A stretch of DNA of 64,000 bases from the human T2T-CHM13v2.0 reference genome, Homo sapiens: NCBI RefSeq assembly GCF_009914755.1, contig NC_060930.1. One strand, written 5' to 3'. A program made the translations under genes and the position numbers. Positions 1 to 14,707 of this stretch are shown here, piece after piece. Numbering within the stretch: the stretch's first letter is position 1; every line of letters starts with the position of its first letter. Under the pieces are notes generated by a model that saw only the letters and a list, made by a program, of their open reading frames with translations, was not told the origin of the DNA and ran no database searches.

Positions 1-1009
1 ACATCCAAAGGCTAATAAAAATCATGAATTTTAAGTCTTGACTAAGTTTGCAAAGAAATGGGGATGAGGCAACTCAAGTATCCCAAGACAAGCCAACCAC
101 AGTGCCTCTAAGGAACTGGCATTCATATAACCCTAAGAATGTAAATTGAATAATAATTTTGTAGACTTTAAAGCCACAGCAGATGCCTGAGGTCAATATT
201 AAATGCAGAAAAGAAGATACTGTGCTTAAAATTCAGCTATAGAAACTTGAACACTTTGTCAGATGTCCAAGGCTTTCTCTAAGTAGAAAAAAAACATATT
301 CTGTTGAGCACATGCATGATATATTATACATTCAGACATTCTAAGGGTTTATGAGTGGTGGTAGAGAGAGTAATTATGGACTACTGTTCACAGAAAAGGC
401 AAGAGAAAGACAGAATTGCATTTTAATGTCACAAATAGTTCAAAGACAAGCCTGAGACATTTTTAGAAAGGGAAGAATTTGAGCAGGAAGGAAGATACAG
501 AGCCGTCCCCAAAGAGACTTGCTCAGAGTAGAGAGCCCTCCAGATCATACTCTGGAGAATGGTCTTAGAGTTAGAAGGAGTCATTGAAGACCTGGAGCTT
601 AAATTTCCTTTCTGCTGAATGTCTTTGTGGAAATACTGCTTCTTTTTTTCTGTGTTTGCTTTTTCTCTTTTAAAAGAAAAATATCAGTCCTGGCTATTCA
701 TTCCTTGTCAGAGTTTTTTTAATATATAATGCCCAACAAATTATTGGTATTCCACGTTTCTTAAGTCAAACCTATTTCAGTCAATTTCTATGTAATCAAT
801 TCCATTCCAAAACAAGGTCTACATTTCTAAATGCAAGCATCAATATTGGAACAAAAAAAAAATTGCTCTTCTTGTTATTAAGCTAGTGAGATGCTTCCGT
901 CAATTCTGGCATCCTTGTAGGGAAAACACATTACTTTTCCATGAATGAAAGCTGTGATGTAAATTAATAGCTTGGTAATTAGTTGTCTTGACTCATACAA
1001 AAAGGATGA

Positions 1010-1250
1010 TGAGCAGCCTAGTGTTGTAAAAAGAACAGCAGCTTTGGAGTCAGGAAGGTCTGTCTATCTCTGCCACTTACTAGTTTGTTTGGTCTTGGGA
1101 AAGTTGCTTAAAATCTAAGCTTCAGTTTTCTCATCTAAAAAGTGCAGTTATAATATTTGCTTTATAGAAATGTTCCAAATGTTAAAGTGAGTAGGGAGTG
1201 TAAATCACTTAGCATAAAGCCTGGCAAATTACATAATTCAAATCAATATT
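1010..1250 (+). mobile_element. MIR SINE remnant
   Basis: MIR core-like text 'gctttggagtcagg...tctgccacttactag...cttgggaaagttgctt...cttcagttttctcatctaaaa'; boundaries approximate. Confidence 0.7.
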
Positions 1251-2809
1251 AGTTTAGCAAATCCCACCTGCTCCAATTCTGGGAGTTATTTTCCTCAGCT
1301 ATCCTTGACTTAGACAGTGTATTGGCAATGCAGCTGTATTGTGCACTGAACTGTTGTGCTCCCATCTTGATGGGCAGGGCTCCTAACATCTCCAGTCTTT
1401 TTTTTTTTTTTTCACCACCTGCTTCTTCCATTTCTCTTTCCTCAAGACAATGGATCTCTATCCCGAGAAGTTGTAAACTACTTCCACTCCATTTGTTGTG
1501 GAATGAAGAACCATGAACCATTCTTTCCAGATGGCCTTCAATTAGAGCTTCAGAAGGGTAACTTAGAACCCTTAGACTATACCCTTTCTCTATCTCTTTT
1601 TCTACTTTTTTTGCCCTTAAACTTTAATTTTACTGTCATATTCTCTATTGTCTAGATCACTTACTTAAATATTTTATTAGGTTTTTATATACTTTTGATA
1701 TTAATAATTATAAAATATGAGACTATATATAAACTTTAATTTCTATGGAATTACATTAATACCAATGTTTTTCATAGTTATGCATCCTGTTTCCTCCATT
1801 TAAACATGGCTCCTGGGTAGGGATTTGATTTAGTAATAGGTAGGAGATATACTATGTCACTGAGATTAGGGGTCTTCCAAACTAATGTCACTCATGATGA
1901 AACTTTTTTTTTAAAAAAACTTTGGTCAACAACCTAAAATAGCTGAAGACTGGAGGCCTTTGATGTAAATTTGACTGATGTAACTGTATTATAATATGAT
2001 AATGCAGCAGTTTGACTATAGCACCAATGCTGTGTTGGAAATATAAGTATGATGACTTTTTGCTATGTATTTTAAAGGGGTAGCGACACCTTGTGACCCT
2101 GGACATCTCAGGCCTGGAAGGCCTGGCCACTTGTGGTGAGAGTTAGGGCTTTATCCAGTTGACTAGAGGGCCAGCTCTCTGGAACAGCCTGAGGCCACAA
2201 CATGCTCCCAGGGTATGTTTGTTATACTCTGTAACCTGCTAACATTTTCTTAGCCTAGGTGCCCCCTAAAAGAAGAGGCTGAGACAAGGGTTTGATATGG
2301 TTATTTTGGGAAGAAAGTGCACAGAACAGGGGTGAAGGACTAGAAAAAGTGAAATAAAGAACAATTTAAAAGCAATCAAAATGTGCATTATGGAACTGAT
2401 CAATACTTTGCGAAATATAGATCAAGGAAAGAAATGTATATCCTTCAGCTTCCAAGCTTCAGAATTGGTTCAGAATTGCTCCTGGAACATTTTGCCTTAT
2501 ACTTCCAAGTGTGCTCATGCATCTGGCTGGCTTTGTGCTTCTGCAGCACCCCTTGTCGGGACAGGGTGTGGAAAGCAAATGGAATTTGGTGCAGTTGGAA
2601 AGAGCTCTTTCTGGATGCCTTGGAAACACCTGGAGAAAACAAAATGTCCCATAAGTGTAAGAAGTATTTAATACAGAAGTGCTCTTTTCCTTCAAGCCAG
2701 TCAAGGAAGGACCCAGTTTCCTTTGGGATCTGTCTGGAGTAGTGAAAAACCTAAACTTGGGACTTGACTCTGTAGTTAAAGTCCACAGCCATAGACTTTC
2801 ATGTGCTAT

Positions 2810-3050
2810 CTTAGTTGGGTTCCCCTGAAAGCAGAGCCTGCGATGAAAGTGTAGATGGAGGTAGTTTATTTGGGCATTTCCATCCCAGGGAGCCAGAGTT
2901 CAGGAGGAGGAGTTGATATAAGGAATGAGGGAGAGAAAATTAAAAGATGTAAGAATGTGTGTTATTGATTACGCCACCCTGTGGGGACTGGGGCTTGGTC
3001 TTGCCTGGACTTTTGAGGAGCAGTATGTAATGTGTCTCTTTCATTGTCCC
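2810..3050. mobile_element. Old MaLR (MLT1-type) LTR fragment
   Basis: 'tcttagttgggttcccctgaaagcagagcctg...gtagtttatttggg' resembles MLT1 LTR ends; a similar fragment lies at ~2250-2410. Confidence 0.5.
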
Positions 3051-4039
3051 CCAGGCTTAGGGAAGTTAAATACATCTCCTTAGGTCACAGAGCTAATAAG
3101 TGGCAGAAGACAGATTTTTAATTCAGATCTGTGTGACTCTCAAAACCTTCTATTTAACTACTAAGCTGTAATGTTTGCCTATATGGCACATTTTTCTTAT
3201 GATAATCTCATGTCTATTTAAAATCCCCCAGTCTAGAAGATAGAAGTCGGGTAAGAACAAAATTATTACACGTTCTTAGTGATCAGGCATAATCTGATGT
3301 CCAACTGACTGATTTTTAAAGATTATATCATTATGTCATTTAATTCTATGTCCATAAGACTATCACCAGAATTTGAGATGATAAAAAATAGATTTGCCTA
3401 CCACTATTCCCAGAATAGTAGACAGGAAATTCAACAGTTAAAATGTCTTGAAGGAAAGTATTACATGTTACATACACTAACATTGTTTTCCTTTATTTGT
3501 TTATTTACATGGAAAATGTCCAGGGAATCTAATACTCATGGTATAGTATGGAGGAGTATATGAGATATCATACAACTTGGACAATTTTTTGTGATGACAA
3601 TGAATAGAGCAGTTAAAACAATAATTTGATTACTCAATAATATTTTGATTCATCATAATATTAACGATATTTTTCAAATTGTCTAAGAGTGTGTTTGTGG
3701 CTTCATTGTTTATGTTGTAGGCAAGCTTAATTGTCTGTGGATGGCTTTTTGATGTTAAAGGGGCAGTTGTTTGTCTGTCTCTGCTTAGGACCCACCTAAC
3801 CAAAATTGCAAAGGAGCAATGTTTGCCGTTAATGCCTTAAGGCTTCGTTTAGATCATGGTTTTCCCTTTCTCCACACTCTCAAATGGAAAGTAGATCTAT
3901 TCTAGCAGGGGAGGCTTTGTGATCCATCATATATAGTTTGCTCTGAACTTAAATAGGTGTATTTGTATTTATTACCCCTTGCCACATTCCTTATGCTGCA
4001 ACAACCGTAAATTATCTTCAGTAGCCTAAAAACAGTGTG

Positions 4040-4385
4040 GCTCTGATGTTGGCTCGATTCATGCGTTCCCCATTTTCTGTAAGGCCCTCCTTCTTCCTCT
4101 TTGCTTGGCTATCTCCTCCTTATCTTTTGAGACTCAGCTCAGGGATAACTACTTCAAAAAGTCACCCTTGGTACTCTTGTCCTTTCCAGAGGTAGGAGAC
4201 CCACTTTTCTGGTCCCATAATGTTCTGTGTAGATACCTATTATTATACTTATCACATTATTTCACAGCTATTGTTTTCATTACATAGTGATTTTCTTGAC
4301 AGCAACAACTGTGTTCTCACATTTGTCAACTCAGGACCTAGTAAATAGAAGGCACTTTATATATGCCTGCTAAATTAAATATGAA
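4040..4385 (+). mobile_element. L2 LINE 3' remnant
   Basis: 'ctcctccttatcttttgagactcagctcagggataactac...' ending in 'aaatagaaggcactttatatatgcctgctaaattaaatatgaa', an L2-like 3' end. Confidence 0.55.
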
Positions 4386-5599
4386 CTAAATTTAATATTT
4401 TAGGGGCAAGAATTCTTTCTCTAGCTCCTAAAACAATATCATAAAAAGGCTACTTCTTCTACTTGCCTTGGTGGAATATCAATATTTCCATTCTATAACT
4501 CTTGCACTCAGGGTTTATAACTCGGTGAAGAGTTAAATTTGATCTACATAGTTTCATTTGATTAAAATAATTTTACATAATAGTGGGGGAGTTGAAATGA
4601 GTTGGAATGGAGTAGAAAATATGTTTCTGAATTTTAACTGACACAAGAAACCAATTTTCAAGCCAAATAATATCCTTTGGTTTTAGTGACATTTTGTGCC
4701 AATTCTGAGTCATTGCATAGCTAACTAGAAGCTTCGGAATATTTAAAAAATATGCATGCTGTATGGATGGTGGGATGTCCAGAAAGTTGTAACCTTGAAA
4801 TTCTGTACTCACTGCTTCTTTCCCTGCTTTTTGCAATTCCTTCACATATGGGAAGATTACCATATATATGTAATCGTTTATATTTGTAAGTTTGAACCTA
4901 GTGCTTAGGCAACCTACATAATTCTAAATTTTAAAGACTGCATAAATACATGCTCATGGATATTAAGGGAATTTTCAACTCCCATTTCATACATAATCAT
5001 GTCATGCATTCTAAAAGCACAGTGTTGGGGGAAAATCGCAAATCAAAGTCATTTATATCTAACGCCATTAGTGAGAAAACTTTAATATTAAAATGGTAAA
5101 CATCAATTATTGCTATCACTGTGACAGCTTGGTAGAATGAACTTAAAAGATGGGGGAACCTAGACAGTTAAAAATACATGTTTTGTTGCATTTTAATTAT
5201 TGGAGCTCTATATGTTGAAAAAAACTGTTCAAACAAATATACAGGTATACATATGGTTTACTGAGTATTTGTACTGCCACTATTTTAGAAATATTTTCCT
5301 CTTTCTTCCTCCACTGTTATGTAGACTCTACTAATCTACATTCAAAACTTACTTAAGACTGCATTTCAAACATTTTTCTTTTCAAAAGGCTTCCATGATT
5401 TATACTAGCTTGCTCTAATAATTTTTTTTCCTATTTCTCAGCATTTATTTATCTAATTTATCCTGCATATTTTTCCATACATATAATACTTTTTCACAAT
5501 TTTATCTTTTATTCAATGATATTAACTGTGAGCGTTTGTGTCTGTGTGTGTTAGTATGGTAGGAGTTTCAAAAAGAAAAAATGGTTCTTTTCACTTACT

Positions 5600-5637
5600 G
5601 TGTATCAGTCAGGTTTCAACCAGAGAACCTGTAGGAT

Positions 5638-5685
<48 letters not shown>

Positions 5686-6000
5686 AACAAGAATTGCTTT
5701 GCATTTTCAGAGCTGGGAAAACAAATTCAAAGTCTATAGGTCAAGCAGTCAGGAAAGGAAAATTATGAGCAGGATGAAACTCCACAGGTGAAATTTCTTT
5801 CTCTCTGTCTCTCAAGCCTCAGCCCTACTTGTAAAGCCTCCAACAGGTAATTCAGGACATTTTCCTTTCCTTCAACTCAATTGATGATGGCAGGCCCCCA
5901 AATTCATCTGCAAAATATCTTTACGGTAACATTTAGATTAGTATTTGATTAAATAACTAGACTATGGTCTAGTTATTGTGGCATATCACAAATGCCATCA
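5600..6000. mobile_element. MLT2-type (ERVL) LTR with internal (TG)n
   Basis: Starts 'tgtatcagtcaggtttcaaccagagaacctgtagga' followed by (TG)n, the usual MLT2 layout; ends near 'aaatgccatca'. Confidence 0.6.
5640..5682. repeat. (TG)n microsatellite (~21 units)
   Basis: Perfect TG run seen directly. Confidence 0.97.
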
Positions 6001-6519
6001 ACTACATTTACACTCTGATGGAGAGTCAGGAGGGTTATAAGGTGTGCATTAATGAAGCCAGTGAGTAAAATGATAATCCAAAAACTATGCAGTACTATTG
6101 GAGTTCAAGACATATGCAAGGTTATTGAAGTACTGAGGTTAATCTGAGAAGGTTTTAAGCTGGGCCTTGAGCAAGAATTGAGTATGGCAGTTTAATCTGG
6201 AAAAGAGGTCATGGAAAATATTCCAGATTATGAGAGAGGTATAAGTATGGGCAGATGGGTAAGACAAAAAGGTAAAGGACAGGAATTAAATTAGGTTGAC
6301 TGACAGGAATTATGAACTTACATTCCTTTATGGGCTAGGCAGGCAATGTAAATTATCAAAGTAGGAAAACATCTAAGACAACTAGGAGTGGTGGGAACTG
6401 GGCTGACCAGGAGAGCTTGTACCCACCTTAAAGTCATCAAATTAAAACAAGCAGACAAAAAGCACTGTTTCAGCCAAACAAAATATACTGGGAGCTTCAA
6501 CAAAGGATACCCACATAGA

Positions 6520-6690
6520 AAATGCTACTTAGTAGCTCTGTGACCTTGGGTAAATTATTTAATTACTCTGAACCTCAGTTTTCTCATTTTTAAACTAGTA
6601 GTAACAATAGTACCCCCGTGATAGGGTAAAATACTAGTACATGAAAGTGCTTAAAAAGGGCATGGAACATAGTAAGTGTTACTTGTTTAA
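6520..6690 (+). mobile_element. MIR remnant
   Basis: 'gctacttagtagctctgtgaccttgggtaaattatttaattactctgaacctcagttttctcatt'. Confidence 0.7.
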
Positions 6691-7029
6691 TTTTTTAGTA
6701 AGTGCTAGTTGTTTCTGGCCTCTCTCCCCATCCCCCAGCCCCTCCACCTTCAGGGTATACTATCTGTATCTATATATCTATCTATGTCTATATCTATAGC
6801 CAACTAGTTTAGTAAACTATGTTAAATTGATAGAGGTACAAATAGAAAAAAAGTTTTTTTTTCCTTCTAACCATTGTTTTCAAACATGCTCTGATAAATC
6901 TTCTTTCTTTACACCTTGTCTGTAACTTGAACAGTCCCATTTCTTTCCTAGTCACTCATAGGCATTAAAGCATCTAATTTTCAGGTATTTAAAAGTTCAT
7001 TCCAATCTAAAACTTAAGTTCCATTCAAT

Positions 7030-7162
7030 TTCCCTCCCTACTCCCCTCCGTTTTTTTCCTGCTTTCCTTCCTCCCTTCCTTTCTTCTCCCGTCCTCTTCC
7101 CTTCCCTCCTCCCTTCCTGTCCCCTTTTCTCTCCTCCTTTCCCCTCCTCCCCTCCCCTTCCT
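7030..7162. repeat. C/T-rich low-complexity tract
   Basis: About 130 bp of near-pure pyrimidine. Confidence 0.9.
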
Positions 7163-7169
7163 GTACAGG

Positions 7170-7560
7170 TATTTTTTGAGTGCTTAGTCTGTGCTAAGCT
7201 TGCAGGAAGTTTTTAGAGGAGGATAAGGGTGGGGTTTCAGTGCTGGGAATACTGAGATAATGATAAGTACTTGCTGTCTATCGGGATACATAGGAGTTGT
7301 ATGTAGATCAATACTGAGGCATCAGGGATGTCTTTCTGTATGAAGTAATGTCTAATATAAAATCTGAATCATAAATAAACATTAGCTAAGTGGGTGAGGA
7401 GGGACAATAAGGGTACAGAGAGAATTTCTGGCAATGGGAATAGTAGATGTAACAATAAAAATTAGAACATGCTGTTTTCTGGGAACTACAAGTATTTCAC
7501 TATGGCTAGAAGAAAAGTGCAGGCAGTTAAATAAGAGGCATGAAAAAAATGCAGCATTAT
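7170..7560 (-). mobile_element. L2 remnant
   Basis: 'tttttgagtgcttagtctgtgctaagc...gtgctgggaatactgagata...' L2-like antisense text. Confidence 0.5.
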
Positions 7561-8334
7561 ACATACCTTAAATTTTTTTAAAAAAAAGGAGGCTTAAAGT
7601 GTTTTATGTCACTTTCCTGTGGCCGAGTAGGCAGTATAGCTAGAACCAGGTTCTCCTTTGTCTCCTTCCTGCTTCACTGAGCTCACATCATGCCATACCC
7701 CAGGACCATCCTGCCTCCTCTTTATTAATACTAATGAAAGAGAGAGGCAAATGAAGAGTCTGATTCCACTCATCCCTTCACTTAGAGAATCCATGGGAAA
7801 AGAGCATTTTCCTAAGTCATAGCTTTCAGAGGGAATGTTCTGCAGACAAAGCCATTCAGAGGGGGCTATTCTGACTGTGTGGATACAACCAACTTTTTTT
7901 TTTTGGTTTTCTATTTTTTTTAATGTTATTTAATTCTTTTGATCATTGGATTCTTTTGTTTTTTTAAACTTTTAGGAGCTTTGCTTTTTAGGTCTCCATT
8001 ATTGTGAAACTGGCCTATCTGGGGGAGGGGGGCAAAATTCTTTTTCCTCACTGGTTCCTTACTGGTGGCCTGTAGTGCAGACATTTTTCAGGAGCTATTC
8101 TCTCATGCCTGACTTGGACTGTGTTCTATGGGGATCTTGCTGCATTTTAGCATTTTAATTTCCATTTCTGCAGCATAATACTATTGATTCATTCAAAACC
8201 TTGTTCTCTGTATAATATTTTATATGTTGGTTATATACTTTTTAGAGGTTTAAAATATATGGTCACAACCTATTAATACAAATGATGACATGATCTATAC
8301 TTGTACTTTGGTCCAAATTGCCTTTATATACTAA

Positions 8335-8673
<339 letters not shown>

Positions 8674-9462
8674 TAAGTGTGGTTTCAGCTGTAGAGTTTG
8701 CATATGGCAGAAAAGTTGGCTTTAGCGGTTTTGGAGAGCTGTCATATTTGCAAAAGTATTTTAAATCAGAATATCAATACTATTATCTAGAAGTGGGATG
8801 ACTGACTTATACGATAGTTCTATTTCTAATTTTTTCTTCAAAAGTATTCTTAATGCATTAATCTTTATAGGATCCCACACCAGACAGTAAGTAAAGATAT
8901 TCACTGTACCAATCACAATGACTACTTGAATCTTCACATTCACTTGCAAATTGGCCAACTCATTTATTTGCAGAAATCTTTTAGACCTATGGAGTTTAAA
9001 TCTATAGAATGAGAATTTCTAGGGCTTAGTATAATTATTTATTAAATATTGGCTTAATTGAATTTACTTGGATTCAGAAGTGGTGTCAGGAACCAATAGT
9101 TCCATTTTTGGAGAGAAGCAGCAGTAAAAGTTATGAAACAGAGAAGAAAAAGTAGGTTGATGAAAACTATGCCTGAATTGTTTGAATTTTATAAGTCTAT
9201 GTCAACTATAAGTAGTGAAAAATTCTTTAGAGAATGAAGTATGTTCATAGAGCAAATAAAAGAAGATAAATATACTTAAACATCCTAGAAATTTATAAAC
9301 TGGGATAAGACCCATTCTCTTTGAGCCTTAGAGCCTCTTCTGTAGGATTGATAATTTTTTAAAATTCTAGATACTTTCATGGGACTCTTTCTGCCTAAAA
9401 AATCTTGGATTTTGTGATTTTAAATTTTCTCTTCATCAAATAGACAACCAAAGATCATTTAT

Positions 9463-9465
<3 letters not shown>

Positions 9466-9505
<40 letters not shown>
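9466..9505. repeat. (GT)n microsatellite
   Basis: Perfect GT run of ~20 units. Confidence 0.97.
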
Positions 9506-9506
<1 letters not shown>

Positions 9507-11049
9507 TGTCTTCCTGTTAAGATCTTCTTATCCTAAAGTGAAATTGTACAGCCAAAGTATAACCCTCCAAGGAATCTGTGGAAATACTGACAGATTTAGC
9601 AGCAGGAATAAATTCTAGGGGTTCATCTTGGAGTTCAGATGAAGACATTGAAAACCCTGGGGCAACTCTGAGAGAGATTGTATTATTAAAGGAATTTGGA
9701 TAGAATATAAAGTATTGCAAAGCAGCATCTCCTGTGCAGAGGGACTGTTTGGAAGATATAGTGAGGAGTGCTCAGCGTCACAGGGGAGTGCTCTTTGAGA
9801 TCTCTGCTAGGGACTTTGGAGGAGGGCAGTGTAGAACCATGAATCAGACAGCACACGTGTGCAATGGTTGTTAATTATGTACCCTCTTGAATAGTTAGGA
9901 GAAACTTAATCTAAGTCCTATATTCCAACCAGAATAAATGCTTTTGTTTGAGGCATAGTTGTAGTACACTCCCATGGTACTTAGCACGGAGCACATACTA
10001 GGTGCCCCAATAGCTACTTGCGGAGTGATGATGTGAATGACTACTGGAAATCAATCAAGGGGGCCATATGTCTTGACCTGCAGTAGTGAGAAATAAGAGG
10101 GAAGTGGAAAGACAGTGAGGAGAAGGGCTGAGCTATTATTTTAGGTTCTATGAACAGACGCAGTGGCTATGAACCAAACAATTATGTTAGTGAAGAGCCA
10201 ATCTGAGAAGAATTAAAGTGTGTCTTTGTGCCATACAGGTAGCTGATACAGGTAGTAGCTGCCTCCCACCTGATGGGCAAGTCAGAAAGCTAGAAGAAAC
10301 AGTTTAAGTCTGAGGTCATTTGCTCCATTCTTCTTATGGAGCTGAAAATTCATTAATATTTGTACCAGAGACTCAAGTAACAAACCTGGATAATTTTTTA
10401 AAAGAAGATACATGTTCTTGGATTTCTAGCAAAATAGACCAAACCTGAAAGGCACTGTCTTAATACCAATGATCCAATTAGACATTGATCATTGCAAAGG
10501 GGCTTGGATGTTGCAGATTGCTAGGAACAGGCTTCCTTGAAATGGCCAGAAATGGAATGGTATTGGTCTTCATGTAGCTTGTTGTTTCTGAATGCTTTGT
10601 GGTTGCTCCCTAGGACCAAGCATTGTATGCTTGTGTATGTATGTGTATGTATGTGTGGTTATTCAGAAATGATTTTCCTACCAAGTCAAGTAATAGACAA
10701 AGTAAACACAGAATATTCTGTTCTTGTTGAACTAAATAGTGTGGTTTTTCAAAGGAACAACAATCAAAAGTGGTGGAAATCACTCATTTGCACATTTGCT
10801 TCTAATGAAATTAGAAACATTGAAACAAGTATCTGTGGGACTTTTCAACCTTCTGGAATTCTAGTCTATTGTGTTTGAAATAATAGTTCCTGGAACATAA
10901 TAAGTACTTGAAAAATATTTGTTAAATCATTGAATGAGTGTTTTCTCCAACTGCATTTTTGAAAGCTTAATAATTCTCCCTCTATATTTAAAAACGGGAA
11001 AGCCCTTATTTCTACAACAAGAGGAAAGGATTTGGGTATCTATGGAGGG

Positions 11050-11200
11050 CTTGTCTATGCCAGGAACTTTGCCAAGAACTTTATATTATTTCAATTAGTT
11101 CCTACAACAACACTGTGAGGCAGGCATTTTCACCATATTTTACAAGAGAAAATTAAAGCTCTGCATGATCAAATAGCACAGAGTCCCAGAACGGTGGACT
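11050..11200 (-). mobile_element. MIR remnant
   Basis: 'tatgccaggaac...cctacaacaacactgtgaggcaggcattttcaccatattttacaagagaaaatt'. Confidence 0.65.
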
Positions 11201-11729
11201 TAGGATTTCCTTTTGAGTTAAAGGATTTACATCTCCAATGGACTGGTTCTCTGGGAATCAAACTCAGGCCACACAATGAAAGTGCAGAACCTTAACTACG
11301 AGACTACAAGGTGGAGTAGCAGAACGATGATTTAGCTTATTTGCTCTGGAGGGCTGTTTCCATTTAAACTGCAGTTCCCTATTTTTCTTTATTGCCTCTT
11401 TGTGAATTAAGATGAAAACAATAGGAATATCTCTTCCATTTTCTCTTTCTAGAACTTCCTTCATTATTCTCATTTCCAAAAATCAGTCTGGTAAAAGCTG
11501 TACAATTACTTATCATAGATTTAGAGAAGACTATGAAAATTATTTTTGAGAAATAATAGCACTTTTCTCAGAATGCTCTGTAAATATTTGAAAAAGTCAT
11601 GAGAAAGCATGATTCCAGGACTGAGATCAGGCTCAGGAAATTAAGTGATGCTTCTAGTTTTCATTGGAAATGAAATGTTTTCCACTTTTCATATTATCTT
11701 ATTGACATTTAAATCATCTTGTTGAGATG

Positions 11730-11962
11730 TGAGAATATAGACGCTAGAGCCGGACTGCTGGGATTTGCATCGCAACTCCTCCACTTATTGGCTGGTGACC
11801 TTCAGAGAGTTACTTAACCTCTGTTTCTCAGTCTCCTTCTCTGTAAGATGGGGATACTCATAGAAACACATGGGACTGTTATAAGAATTAAATAAGTTAA
11901 GTTTCATAAAGCACTTAGAATACCATCTGGCACAGAGTATGATCTATCTAATATTTGTTAAA
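11730..11962 (+). mobile_element. MIR
   Basis: 'ctagagccggactgctgggatttgcatcgcaactcctccacttattggctggtgaccttc...taaagcacttagaataccatctggcacagagta'. Confidence 0.8.
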
Positions 11963-13195
11963 TAATTACATAATACTATCTGTCCCTAAAAATATATTGA
12001 AAAAAACTCCTTCATACAAACTAATCTCAAAATTTCATTTATTTTCTGTTCTTAGAGTGAAAGTAAGATAGAATCAGACTTCAAGTGAAGACCCTATATG
12101 CTTTCAACATAAAATAATTAAAATATTTGATTATCAGTTGTCTTACTGTTTCATTTGCCTGATTAAAATTGGGACAGAGAGAGCTTATTCTTTTGAGTTT
12201 GTTTATCACCTGTCTACTTGCAGACAAGTGTCACAGTGACCAGTACCAAGCTTTAATTTTACTGAGTATGGATTAGGAGGTAGGGATTTGGCAAGAGCAA
12301 AAGTACTGGACAACACTGAATTACAAAAGATAAAAAAGTCTCTGAAGTTTGAACTATATACAAAATGGTTACATTAACATAATTGACATGATAATCTCCA
12401 CTGAAATATATGTTTTAAAAAACTTGAATTTCTATGTGTTAGGCAGTTACATTTTCTAGATGACTGTATTTCAACTCAGGAAAGAAGTAGCTGAAAGGCC
12501 TGAGTTGATACCTGGGCAAGATATCAAGAAATATATTATTTTCAACACTCTTCTCCCACACACAGTCTAGCAATAGCATTTATTCAGAATCTGTTCCTAG
12601 TGCAGATTTAGATTGTATACATTTTAGAAAATGTGCAGAAGATAGACAAGATGGGGGCAAAGGACATGGACATTGTCTGGGCTGAATTACCTGTGTTACC
12701 TCTTTGGAATCCAGGCTTCTATATTCTGTGGTAATCATGTCATATCATTTAAAATAGCCTGACTTTTTTTCTCAGTGTTCCATTGAGGGCTAGAGACACT
12801 CCAAGTTAAGAGTACACATATTCACTTTTAGGAGGTATGCTCTTAGTTTGCTAACCAGTCCAGGGAGACTTCCAAGTATACAGATCAAATGGTGATGTCA
12901 GGATATTTAGCATTCAGAGGGGAAGAGAAGAAAGCTAATATTGAGATACTTCTGGCCTAGATTCCTGCCTGCCAGTGGTGACTATCACTATCAAATACAG
13001 AGACATTGGAGCATCAATCTATGCTTTCTCTGTGGCCCATTTGGTGCTCCAATGAACACCTGATTCCTTTAAGTATGAATTTTGGCAATTTAAACTAGTT
13101 TATCTGTCAGAGTGCCAAATATATTTAATGTTTTACCAATTCATACTGGGGGTCAGATTATTAACTGAATCAGATACAATTATTAAAAACTGTCT

Positions 13196-13508
<313 letters not shown>

Positions 13509-14707
13509 CTAAGCCACCACATATTATTGGAAAAATCACTAAATGTCTCTGGGCTTCAGAATTTTTATTTCAGAATCGTGGAGAGTATGCCATTTCTTGG
13601 CCACTTGCATATGTTAGAATGGTGTAAGAAGTCTTATCTAAAAATGTTCTTTAAAGATTGGGTAGGTTAAAGGTTTGAACACTAAAATAACAAAAAAATT
13701 ATCTAGTTTATTTTAAAATTCATTTTTAGAATATTGGAGTTGACATTGATGTTAGAGATCTTGCAGTCTCTGCCTCTTCCAATTAAAGATGAGGAAACTC
13801 ATGACTTGCCTTCTATATTTAGCAGAAGCAAAACTAGAACCCAGGGCTCCTGACAGAACCACACACAGCCTCAGAAAGGGTGCTGCTTAAAATTCTGACT
13901 CAGAAAGGGCACTGCTTAAAATATTTGATTTGGGCTTTAAAAATGTCATGGTGGAATCTGGAAGCAAGCCAGTTGCTTTATGCTTTTTATCCTTTTTGGT
14001 TTGAATTATTAGCTCTAATTCTGCGCAGGTCACTGTGTTATGGAAGGGGGCTATTGGAAGACAGCAAGATTCATGGGTTTTAGACCTTGTACTGCAATAA
14101 AGCAATGTAAGAAGAGGAGGGGCTTTGGGGGCACAGGATGACAAATGTAATACATCACAACACAAACTTCTTTCAGCCCCAGCAGCAATATGTGAGATGA
14201 CCAAAGCCTGTAAAATTAAGCATAAGAGGAACAATGTCTGATATGAAGATTCCTCCAGAGTGATCTAGCTCTCACCAACTCCCAATTTATTTGCAATATT
14301 AACCCTCAGTGAGTAAGAAACGAATAAACCATAATATATTATTATTGGTAAAACAACAATAAGGGCAACCTTCATGTGAACTGGACAATAAAGCAATTTG
14401 CATGTTTGATAACAAGTTTAAAAGCTCTTCTAAGAAAATAATTTAATTTTATATATATATATTTTTTGCATTCTCTACTTTGCTCTCCTGTAGAATCTCA
14501 GTTTATCATAGCATAATCACAATGCATTGTAAATGCTAGTTACTTGTCTATCTCCAGCATGGGGCTTTAAGTTCAGTGGCCCCTAATTTCATCTGGTGCC
14601 TGCTAAATATTTGCTGAAATAATAAATGAATGAATGACACTTCCTTCCCCCAGTCCGTAGTTTAAAAATAGCCCGAAAGGTAAGATTAAGATAGAAAATA
14701 CTGACAT

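Noticed and set aside
4-26. Similarity of 'tccaaaggctaataaaaatcat' to 50923-50942 'tccaagggctaataaatcat'
   Set aside because: Short, AT-rich and gapped; compatible with chance and not flanking any recognisable element.
1890-2060. C/D-box-like motifs (ATGATGA...CTGA) as a snoRNA
   Set aside because: No terminal stem or recognisable rRNA guide; these motifs are common in AT-rich DNA.
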